A stretch of 64,000 bases of DNA from positions 96,100,001 through 96,164,000 of the forward strand of contig OZ260664.1 in assembly GCA_965285935.1 (NCBI GenBank), written 5' to 3'. The DNA comes from Ophelia neglecta (taxonomy: Eukaryota). Shown piece after piece: positions 25,501 through 38,500 of the stretch (positions are counted from its first letter, which is position 1; every line of letters begins with the position of its first letter). The notes beneath the pieces are model-generated. The model searched no databases and was not told the DNA's origin. It saw only the letters and a list, made by a program, of their open reading frames with translations. The translations under genes were made by a program, and so were the position numbers.

Positions 25501-26514
25501 ATGTTGACATAGCATTATAAACTCATAATGGTCAAATACATAAACTACAAACAATGCGGAAAATGTACACGTTCTAGGGGTAGTATTGTACCAATTTATT
25601 TATGATATTCATTTATTTATAGGCAATTAATTGGTGAGAAAATAATACTAAAGATAAAAAGATGTCTGACGAAAATGTTGCTTTGCTCTACAGTTACTTC
25701 TAACCATCATTTTTAGTTTGTACATTGAATCATATAGAGTAATGTTAGAAGAATAAGACTTATATTATAAAGCAAATATAGTTCTCGTGATAATGCGGCA
25801 CGAATCTATCAATGAACAAGCAAATTAAAATAAACTATTTCCTTATACTTAGCTGGCTGTTTGATTATCAATATATTATCATATATATGCATATTATAGA
25901 ACAAACCTCAAAATAAATTTGGTAAAAACAAACCGTTAACTGGACATAAGAGCAAAGCCCCAAGCAAGACTATCTGAAATGTTAGTATTATTAGTATTCT
26001 AATATTATATCATTATTGCTATTATTTATTTATTAATATTTTTAAAAACACATTGGTAAAATTGTTAACCAGCGCTTCTTCCTGTTTAATCAACGAGTAA
26101 AACAAGCAGTTTCAAATTCCATACTTTCCAAGATAGTATTAGATGAATTAAAATCACTCAAGCAAGATAAGAATCCAGTGTGGTTTATAATGTTAAGCCA
26201 TCGAGCGTATGGAAATGTATGAGTAAGTATTTGTATGATACTAGGCAATATTAGATTATTCTACGACAATCGTTTTTTTTAAAATTCTGTAAGTATTTCA
26301 TTTAAAGTGTACTGCTTATTATATACACAGACAGTTGTGTAGTTGGATATAGCGACTAAATAAATGAAGATTCTACTTTATAATTTGGTCTATTGAGAAC
26401 ATTAATATACAGCATTGAAATCCCAGTGTTTTAATTACACGGGCATGTTAATAAACAAAACGCGAACATATACATTGGGCAATACAAATGTTTCAAACTA
26501 GAACTGTTTTTAAA

Positions 26515-29500
26515 TTAATTTAGATTTTCGTAAATATAGTTCCTTGCAACATACTCCATTGCAATATCATGTAAGAAACGATATTGTTCCTGCAAAACAC
26601 AAACAAAAACGTCCATTTTAAATATTTTTGCCGATAAGGATTGATTTATATTTTTTAAGTGAGCAGTATGAATCTTAAGAGGGCATAATAGGGGCGTTGA
26701 GAGATATTATATCTTAATTTGCTTGCCATAATTTTGTAGTGCTGGTGGGGAAAAAGCAATGAGGTGTACTAAGTCTGATTATCGTAAAGGCAGCTGACGT
26801 AAGGATCAGTTGCTTACCTGGTCATTGACAAACTGGTGCCTGTTAAGGGCTACAGCCCTGACAGCCAGAAAAGCATCCACCTCTTTGTCTGCCTCCATCT
26901 TCTCTAACATGTAGTTAGCAGCACATATTAATCCACTACGGCGGGCCCCGTCCCTGCATATATATAAAGACCAAATCTAAGGCTTTCAATAATGTTGCTT
27001 TATATTGTTTTGGGGCTTCACCTTAATACCAATATCTGAATTTGCCCTGTTCTTGTTTTATTTTTCTTAATACCTTCACACTATTTGACTACAAGATAAA
27101 AGTGACAGATTAGGGTGTACTTTGTTACACACTCACTTGCCCACAGCAGACTGAGTATACTTATTATGGTGATACCATATCTCAATGACGACATGAAACT
27201 TTACATAGGAGTAGAGTAGGTGAGTGTCCCTGTGTTGATTTTGTTGCGAGCGTTACACTCTTAATAAAATAATCTACATTCTATCCTACCATATGGAACA
27301 TTCGCACTTACACAGCTGTTTGCGCACCGGTATACATCGCTTTTTACCGGTTCTAATTACCCAAGTGAAACAGCTGTACACTACTTCAGCAGTGTTATTC
27401 ACCGCCGTACTTTCCAAGCTTTCGGCCATCTGTTCGCTAGGCGTCGCTGCGACTCGGGTACAACCTTTCTTTGGAGATTTATTGGTCACACTTGAGTAAT
27501 TGTATGCTAGCTTAGCTTTTTTTCAGAATATTGAGTTGTCGTCTGCTGGCTTATCTGACTTACTTTTCAATGTAGTACGGGAAACAAAAGCCAACGTTGA
27601 TGTGCATAACCTAATAAATCATATTTGACCGATGGCCTTTTAGGTCCTATACGCTCGAGTAGAATGCTCGTATCTTGGGCTATGTCGTTTTATAGGTACA
27701 ATGCGAGGTACGTATGGAAATCGATTTTTTAATTGGTATTATGAATGACGTAATAATAAAACCGATTCATTCCGGTGTTTGACATGGTACAAAAGTAAGT
27801 TTATCATTGTGTACATATTGTAAGATACTATACTCAGAGGCTTTCACCCTAGCTTTTGCTTTCGCAAAACTTAGCTTAGTATGAAGGCTCAACGTTTGTG
27901 AACAGTCAACCGTCGCTGCGCCTCTACTACTCGTTTACAATCCTTTAAAGTAACTGGTTGTACTTTTTTTCGGCATGGACGTATTGGTTTACAAGATATA
28001 TAAATAAAACTGTGCCAGGGAAATACCCGGCCTAATTTTCACGGCAAGTTATCACTAATTAAGCAAATAACCAACGTGAAACTTAAGTCCCCTTACCTTT
28101 GCTCTCTAATATGTTATATCTTACCATATTACATAGGATCTTACCGTATAACATATGTTTGATTTATTAGATAATTGCTTACTTGCACTGAATAATAATG
28201 TTTCCACCCTCCTTTTGGTGTTGCCACTTTCTAATGCGCTCCAACAAATCTAATGTATCATGCGTGCTTGGCAGACTCTGGTGATCAGACCATGGTTTGA
28301 ATAGTACGTGTCGTACGTTAACTGACTTGTTCTGAAACTAATCACAAAAACTAATTGAATGTTATGGTTGTTACGAATATGGTTTGTTTTATACGTTATG
28401 AACTAGTGTTGTTTGCACAGCAAAAAGCGATTTAATTCGAATGCAAGAGACTAACACTTGATGTATAGGACAATGTGAATTTTCGTTCTTCTATGCAGTC
28501 TTTGATATCTTCTGTCAATTCTCTGCGCACTTCGAGATTACCAATCTGTCTCACGTGACCTTCCTCAATAGCCCAATACTTCGGACAATCCTGATTACAG
28601 CAAAATATTTAAACTCGACAATCTTGGTATTTCTGACCAATACAACGTTTAGATATTTAAGCACACTGAGACTTCTTTATTGCGTTGGGTAAGCAATTTC
28701 ACTGACCTTAGCACCGACGGATGATCCTTCCAAAGTAACCACAGTGTGACACTTGTGTTCGTAAACCAGTCGCCAGAAGTCTACGACAGTGTCTGGTAAA
28801 GGCAGCTGGGTTACAATGAATGCCTTCTGGGAGAGAAAACTCTGGCAAATTGAAAAATCGGAACTAGATAAACAAATTACACAGTGCCTTGAAACTAGCA
28901 GCATTTTAAACGTACAGACGTATAAGCAAAGATAAACGAATATTTACAGCTATATTTACAAAGCATACACACATTCACGACTACAGCATTGACATAGTCG
29001 TTTGTGCCAGGACAGTTGGTAGTAAGAAACACTCTGTGTTTAGTATCTATAAATAATAAAAAGGGGTGTTTTAGTCTATACAAGTTCATTCCCATTTCAG
29101 AATTTGTGCATTACCAATTTCATGAACTAATTATCCCACATTAAGTATGTAAAGTGACCTCACATTGGTCTCTTACCTGGCATGATATTATTGTCCCTAT
29201 TTTTCCCGCTATTTTCCTTACAGAGACCAATAGGTATGTTTTGTGAACTCTTTGGTTGTTTCATTTTGAACAGAATCTGAAAACGCATTTTTGAAGTTAT
29301 CATCAACAAAAGGTACCGCAAATGCTGTTACTTTCACGTAGTTCTAGCCTGCTATGGGTTCTAAGCACACATATATTATCATAAATTGAACGTAAAAAAT
29401 ACCCTTTTGTGATGAAATTACTCCGCTCCCCGAACTTTCATCATTTAAATTTGATTAGCGATAAATTATTTTGCTTTCTTCAAATACTTTTAGATTTTCG

Positions 29501-32500
29501 ACACAAGCGTATAATATTAATCATAAGCAGAAACTAAGAACATTTATGCTTGCCCGCAAATATTTTATCTACCTTATGTTGAACTTCGAGTGGCAAATCA
29601 TTGGAATATTCGTTTTCCGCTACTAGCTGCTTGTACCTCGCTGGATATTCAGAACACGGAATGGCCGTTTCCCCCTGTTGATGAGCTTCTAGTAGGGTCT
29701 CGTACAGAAAGATATATTGTTGCTGAAGAAGAAAAATCAAACCTTAAGCAACCACTTTCCCGATTAAAAATTAACTTATGGTTGTTCCGTAGCTATCCAT
29801 GGAAAGCAGCAAATTTTTTACCGAAATAAAATCTTTCCCCTTATAAATGTATGGGCTATATCAACTACCAAAGCCTTGGTTGTTGTTTTTTATGGCCATT
29901 GGCCTGAAAATGCTTAGTACGCTGCATTCAATCTAGATCCAAACATTTAAATAGCCGTGTACCTCAAAATTACGAGAAGTATATCTTTCGCCCACCTACA
30001 TTTTCTTGCTCTTTGGCTAAGTTCAAAGTTTCGTGGCACGAGCAGCCCATGCGGGGCTCTCATCAGCAGCCACAAAATTGCTGTAAGAACATTGCGCTCT
30101 ATAAAACTGCCGACTGATCGGGATGATGAGCAAACCGCTCGCTGCGTGCAATCGCTGTATCTCGTCTCTACCGCAAACAATGTGATGAAAATCGAAGAAA
30201 CCAATGGACATCGTTCATCTGCTGCCCAAAGGCACAATTGCACAACTGACGGAAAGAGGTAGGCTGTTTGTGCTGCGCTGGCATTATCTTCGTCTCACAA
30301 AACATATTAAGTAATATTTACCTGGGCTGATAGCAACAGCCATTATCGGACCAAATGAAGCGCCAAACCGGAAGTTCAGTATTGATATGAATGTAAATGT
30401 TACTAAATAATTTAGGAGCTAATATACATACGCACGCATATACGTTGATAATTAAGACATACTCTTCGCAGCTACGATTAATTTATTATACTTTATTATT
30501 GAATATGAGTCCTCGCTTCGGAAATATGCTTACTCAGTAGTATGAGATGAACGGTCACAATAGAGGCGTGCTTCCAAATTTACATGTTAGTGAATAGAGT
30601 GAAGTAACAAACATTTTAAAGTTGGTTCAAGTGCCACTTAATGGTCTAAGTAAGGCAAAACAGATATTCTGACAATGGACGTAGATGTATATGCTTACCA
30701 ATGTCTGGACCATGTTCATACGTTCATATCTTAGTTGAGTTACCAGTTTGAAAACATCTACTTTTCCTTCTCTTTTCATTTGGTCCAGGAGATAATCCAG
30801 GGCAATCAATGTCCCTGTGCAGCCTATTCCAGCACTGTGGATAAAATAAATTGTTTGTTATTAATGATTAATTTAATTGAGATATTAAAGAAATACTAAT
30901 AATCAGAATATATCTAATGGTGTTTGTCTAATCAGAAAAATCATTTACTAGTACGCTTTACTAGCGTGTTATATGATTGATAATGCCGTTGCTATCGTAT
31001 ATTGTAAGGATGCTGATTGCCTAGCTTCGCTAATCCTGTGTAGTTTACCTGCTGATAACAGGCTCTCTTTTTTATACTTTGAAAGATAAAAAGATAAGCT
31101 TAACCTCAAAGGCAGTAAAAATGAACTGATGGACTCGAAAGAAAACAAATAACTTCCAAATCGCTGCTTTCTATATTATGTAATACTTGACCCTGAGAAC
31201 ACCACAATGACCATATAAGGAAGCTGCCTCAAGTAAGTCCACGGATCAAATCTAAAAGTGAACCTGCATGCCTGCTAGTCTGCATCTTACATCAAGTCAT
31301 GCTTAAGCAGGGCTATATAGAAATTAAATGACTATTAGACAAATGTACATAAACCAGATCATTGCACAAATGGCAAATTTGTAAAATAAAAACTATATCC
31401 AACAGTAGCCTTCTTATGGCAAAGGGCTCCATTTTTATAATAGCTGCAGAAGACCGGAGCGTGAGAGGGAACAGTCGTCCTAGAAGCTTGTCTGTTTAGA
31501 TCTGGATTAAATAACAATGAGTTGTCACATATCACAAGTTATCAACTTTTTGTTTCCTATTATGTTATTTACAATACAAGTGTATTTACAGATTGGGAGC
31601 CGGTGATTGATAGACTGTTGTTTGAGGGCCTGTGTCTGCTTCTTCCTGATGTTAGTCGGACCCATGTAATGGACCATTCGTGATAAATGCCTTTTGTTTT
31701 GTGTGCCGGGTACCCACTCTCCTATCTTACACTTAATGCCAATGGTGCAGGTACGTCCCGTTTATATACTACTTGTACCTGCAGTGGACGATAGTTGGTC
31801 CAACCCCTTCTCGGTCAAGGGATCGAAGTTTTCTTCTAAATGCCATTAATGGAAATGCTTGGTCCGGGGTCTGCTTGTCTGGCCAGGAAAGGAACTGGAG
31901 GTGCTTCACGGCCCTTCGTTCATTCTATTATGTATCCCAATGGGGACGGTTAATACATTCGGTATGTGTATTATATTTGTGATTAAACGTTTATTTGGCA
32001 AGTAGTATTTTACCGGAACCACTTTTACATGCATTAGAGATGACATTCCAGATATCCTTATATTAATTATATACATTCTTGTTTGTATATACAATAACTC
32101 AGTTCGAAATGGATAAAATGAAGCTAAAGTGCAACTCTACGTATTTCCGGATTGTGTTATACATCTGATTCGTGGCAAGCACGACATGAACAATATAGAC
32201 GTGATAGATGGCCATGCATGGTATGCGCAAATTAATATTACTAGTCAATATTTAGAATTCATCGATTTGGGTGTAATTACTGAAGAAGCAATTTTCATTA
32301 GACTAATAACATACTCCTTTTTGTATGTTAATCCTGGTCAGATTGTAGTCCGCATAAATCTCACAGGCCGATGTAGTCAATTTAATATCGCCAAATGACA
32401 TCACTTCTCCAACGTTCTCTGGCCAATATTGTTCGCACTTCGTCTTCGATATGAAACACCAATAGTTGATTTAGGGCATTCAAGATAACTTTATTTGTTT

Positions 32501-35500
32501 TAATACTTTTGCTGTTATAACCTCTTAAAAATGTAAAACGAATTCAAATCTTTTATACATAATTTTAGGCCAAACTGACCGGAATCTTATGGTGCTCATT
32601 TTCCTTTGACTTACCTTCTTTAGTTCTTTTATTCTAGTTAACATGACAATTCGATTTGATTGCAACTGCCAGATCATCAACCACATGTCACGTATTGTGT
32701 CAGGCTTTGGTCCTTGATTGGTCATAGGAAACAAAAGATTTATTGCGAAAAATCTCCCCGTTAAAGCTTACATAAAAATAATGGGAAATAATACAGATAT
32801 GGTAAAACGTTAGTATTATGTGAGGTATTTGTTGTCTTCACACAGGTGTCTCCATTAGGTAATGTGACAGGAAATTACCTTATGCATATTATATGTGTCA
32901 ACGTACCTTGTGTTGCAACATAATATTTCATTTTTTTCGGATAACCCTGGAATATACATATTGTTTATGTTAAAATGAGATGCGAATGCAATTATTCAAG
33001 TTGATGTACGATTTGAATTAAAGAGGCAATAGGAACCTGCTCTTACTGTTATGAAGTTAGCATTGACGTAACCAGATTTGTCCTCTTCGTTATTTGCCTC
33101 TAGAACCACCCGAGAACAATCATCTACAAAACAACACTTTTCATAAAACAGGAGCGTACAATAATTCAATTGAATGTTTTATCGTTACTTAATGTTTAAA
33201 ATGAACCTTTAGCATGCCAGACAGCACAATTGTGTGCACATACAAGCCTTGATATTCTTATATCGGTTCTTGTTCACATTCCCTTGCTGCTCGCTCACAC
33301 CACATGGTTTCAATTCGCCGTTTGGTATGTCCTTTAACACAAATCGTTCAATCTAGTCAGATGTATGTCATTAATTGACATTCGTTTTTGTAATTTGCTT
33401 TAACGAGAACTTTGTTGAACAATTTGTAATTGCTAGAAATTATTTAAAAAAAAAGTGTTAAGCATATAGCAACTGTGGGCAAATGACGAAACATTGAAGG
33501 AATAACCGAATAATTTAAAAATATATATCTATAGCTGTGACAATACAGAGTTGTATACACACTTAAGATGACAGCAAATGGTGGCGCAGCAACTACCCTA
33601 TTTTTATTTGTAGAAAAGTTGTTCACATATCGTGGATATTTTCAGTATTCTTTCGAAACAAGTATAAAGCAATTATTTCAGTACAGTTCCCCTATACAGC
33701 CTTCCTGTACACATTACCAGGAAAAAAATTTTTTGTTAGTTTGGGCTCGGTACTAAGTTGTGATAACCCTTTAGGTTAAGTAAAACACAATATACTAATA
33801 GTAGGAATTTAAATGTTTACTGCTGGTGACAGTGACTGGACTCCAAATATAAAACAATCCCGAATACATGAAAACTCACTTCAAATTCTTTTTTAAAATA
33901 ATCTTCTGCATCCTTTTTAGCCCCAATATACACCTCCAGGTTTTCTGCTTTGACGCAGGTCACGTCATCAATGCTTCTGGTACACGGGAATTCGTAATAT
34001 ATCGTACTTGAGTCATTCGTGTCAAGGCGCCTCTCAAAGCTTGGATTGTTTATTGTGTTTCCTGATGTAAAATTGTAATCCTCTGCAAAATGTCCATTCA
34101 AATGAAACATTCCTACTGCAAGACACTGAAATCTATCTTCACATAAACTATTTCTTGTTTCTAAAAACGTGCTTTACTTACTGCTGGGTGATTGGATAGA
34201 AGGATGAATTGACATATCTTCATTTTGCACGTCAGCATCATTGTCCAGCTTCATTAGCCGTTTCCATCTAAGATGAAAAAATCAATGACCTTATAGAACG
34301 AAAAGGCACTATGTAAAATTACCTCTCCGTATTTGGTGGCCTGAGCAGTCTTATAACTTTCTATACTAACTACAGTTTGGAAATTTGCTGCGGAACACAC
34401 TTTTACTCGAAATACGCTCACCTGAGAACCAAGACAAAAATCAATATAGCAGTCGTAGCTACAAACACGACCGCCACTACAGATCCGGCAATAGGCCCGG
34501 TTGGGTCAAACTGGTCAAAATTTCCTAGTAGTAAACAAATGGATGACAATGCATTATGTTAAAATATGTATTAAACTGAGATTGCCAATGTTGTAATATT
34601 CTTATGAATAAAAGCTTTGATATCTTCGTGTCATGTATGTACTTATAAAAATGACAAACCAGAATTTATATACATCACCTTGTTCAATGTATGATGAAGT
34701 GGTGACGGCAACGCTACTGTTATGCCGAGAGTCTTCTATTTTCCCACATTCAAGTTGGCGGTAAATATTGATAACAATGAGATACGTTGTATTGGCAGAG
34801 AGATCGGACAAAATGTGGCTGTAATTAGTAGAAACATTTTCTTTCCTTATTTCTATATGGGATGACATATTTCTGTTGAATGATTCATGTGTCCTTTTGG
34901 CTATGACAGAGATCTTGAAACCAAATATGGCCGTCGTATCCAATGGAATACCTTTAACATGTGACCATTCAACGGTTATGGTGTCAGTTGTCACTTCGGT
35001 AATATTGATGTTGTCGCTTTCAGGATACTCCACGTAAACTGTGTTAAAACAACCTAGAGTACTGAGATACATTTAAATATAATGTATAATGTTAGAATTA
35101 TCCATTATGAATCATTGTGTTATTGGTCGTTATAATTCAAATAGCATATATGTTAAGGGTAATTGGACTTACTGATGGAGTGGTTACAATAATCTCCCGT
35201 GTGCCAAGTATCGTATGGGGGTAGTTGACAGCCGTGGCAACGCCCATCATTGATCCTGCAAATGTTATCTAAACAGTTTGGATTGCAGGATAGTGTGCAT
35301 TGTTTACCATAATAACTATTGTTACAACCGTTGCTACAATCTCCTGTGTATTGGTGACACGTGGTGCGGCCTGGGACGACGAGGCATTCTTTTCTACAAG
35401 ATTGTTGACACTTGGTTCCATAGTAAAGGTCCTGACATCCTTTGGTACAAGTCCCAGTGTGTCGATCACAGATTTCTAAATCAGCATGACGTTTGCAATT

Positions 35501-38500
35501 ATTATGACATATTTCATCACACGTGGGCCCCCAATGGCCCGGCCTACATCCTTCAATACAAAGTAAAATTGATTTCAAATACAATGAAACAAATCGCATA
35601 TGTAGTCTGAGAATAATGGACGTATCCTCGTACAGTACATAGGCATCCTGCTTACGGAACAGTTAACTTGTTAAAATGATAAGTTTATGCACGATTTCCA
35701 TGGCCGAAAAATATAACTGAAGGGATACTAGTATTTTATTTAACGCTTATTGATGTGATATTGAAGATATATTGCCTACATTTTTCAGGTACGTGTTAAT
35801 GCTAAGGTGTGTGGCTGTATTTACAGATGCCCTGCTTTGTGAGGCTGCTTCGCTGTAGGCATTGCTTGTGGGTTAAACTAGTGATTTAGCAATGCGTCAA
35901 TCACAGCTTAAGATATTGGGGGATTATAGACAGGGGACATGCTAAAGAGCCCACATTGAAGAGAAAAAATTATAACAGAACAGCTCTCTTTAAATTTGGT
36001 CTCGATGAAAACATTTAAGGATTAAGCAATACCATTCAAAAAGGAATTACCGTTGTTGCAGTTTCCTGAATCTCTGTGACAAGTGCTGTTGCCAGCGCGG
36101 AGACATCCTTGTCCACAGGATATTTGGCAGCGGTCTCCGTAGTAATGGTTCTGACATCCTTTGGTACAATTCCCAGTGATTTGATTACAAAATTTATGCA
36201 GGCAATTACTATTACATGTGCCATCACACTTGGGCCCCCAATGGCCCGGCCTACATCCTAAAATACAACGTCCCTCAGTACCGTAACATGAAGTGAGGTT
36301 AATGAGCGGGTGACGGTAGCAATTCACACTACAAGTCCCATCACAATCATCACCATAAGAGTTGTACGGGCATGCTGTGAAGTAGAATTGTTTTTAAGAT
36401 ATAATAAAACAAATCGCACATGTAGTCCGAGAATAATTGAAATATCCAGGTATATTACATAGGCATACAGCCTAAGGATCCGTAAATCTGTTAACATGAT
36501 AAGAATATGCACAATTTCCATCGCCGAAAAATATAACCGAAACGATATAGTATCTTGTTAACCTCATATTTATGTAAAATTGCTAAATGGTAAAGCAGTC
36601 CAAGTGTATGAGCGTAATAAGCCAGAGGTTGTTTTTATTCTTATACTTTTCCTTGAAACATTTGCTTATATGAATACAAAAGCCGATAAGCGCGGTCGAA
36701 GTCAAATAGACTAACTTTAAAAAGGAAGCTTTATATTTTGGAATATATATCTAAATGAAATGGCATCAAAAATTCGAGCTCATAAAATACACGCAAAATA
36801 TTACTGGATTGTTTATGGTATAACTTATTTGATGATGTCAACGCAGGCGCAGCAATCTTACAAGCTCCGCCTTACACGTACACGTGCTGTCAGAAGAGGC
36901 ATAGATAACTGCGCGAAGTAATACAAAACACCGGACTATTGAGTTAAATTATTTTTAGCCTTCACCACTACCTTCGGGGGGGGGGGGGGGGGGGGGGGCT
37001 TGCCTTGATACTAGTTGCGCCCTCGAGAAGGTGATAACCTACATCCGGTATTTCCTGGTTCTCACCTCCTATCTTATTTCCGCTACCTATACCCCCCTGC
37101 CACCCCACCCCCACCCCCGCAGTTCTGCTAGTTCACACCCTCTTTTTCCTTAAATTCCCCACTCCTCTGCGGCCTCCACTCCTAGTTCACACCTCCTTCT
37201 CTCCCCCTTCATCACTCCTTTCCTTCCTCCCTAGTACCCACCCTCTTCCCTTCCCATTCCCCCACTCGCATTAATGATATTACGTCGTGTATTATTTTTA
37301 TACTATTCGGGCAGATATTTACACTTTTAAACTGGCAATAACCTATGCCGAGCAGTCTATTCCTGCGTTACACACATATACAACAGGGGGGGGGGGGGGG
37401 GGTGCACTTGATCCGAGTCCTCCACTTGAAGAGAATATAGATCGACATCAGATCTAAGCCACAGCTTGATCAGTGCTTTGGGAAAACGCCACATGCATGC
37501 CGACCAGACCGTCTGGTAAACATTTCATTCATAGGGCTGATCATCCGGAAATATGTTAACAATCAAATTGTTTATTCATTCAATGGGAATAACAAGTTTG
37601 GTGTTTAAATTTGTATGCATGGACCCTAAGTTTCGATATTTCGTTATTTTTTGTTTTTCTCAGAAACCTGAAAAGGCGCGAATTAGTGTTTTCGACTAGC
37701 CCCATTCGCTCGTTGAGTGCTCATGCGAATACGAAGTTGCGGATGTAATCATAGGCCCGTAAAGATAATCAGCTAGTTTCACTGTATATCAAATGTTAAC
37801 CGACAAAATTGCAAAAAAAATGCCCGCTTTGATCGATCTACGTACGTACATACCCAACTTTGACAGATAAGAACTTCATGTTCTATCAGTTACCAACAGC
37901 TGATTTATCAGAGGATATATATCAATGCAAATCAGGACCAGTAACCAGATGACTCATCTTATCATATATTCATTTATATATTCATATAAAACAGGAAATG
38001 TGTGTGTCGAAAATAGACATCCTGCAACTCTATTGACAGTATTTATAACTCTCACTGATATTATATACCGTGCACCCTCTGTAGGTCACGTATTCAACTC
38101 ACATTGCGATGCATGAAGAATTAAGATCAGAATATTGTGGATGTTACTAAAATGACAGTCGTATGACTATTACAAACACATAACTTCCCTTTGCATGAAA
38201 AAAGATATGGTAAACTCCCGACTAGTTACCATCACTTGATAGCCATATAGGGCATGGTCGTAATTCATAACGAACTTATGCGGACTCTCGTAAAATTACG
38301 ATACAGAGGCTGCTGTCATCAAACAGTTATATAAATACGCTACAGAGGCTGCCGTCATATAACAGATAGGCAGGCATCTTGCCAGGAGATAAATTAGCTT
38401 AGTAAGTGTACGCGCCAAACTGGTAGTAAGTAGGGTTCTTCATTTTCGCCTCCGGTTCGTCATAAAAAATGTTCGATTGAATATAAATGATCAACATAAG

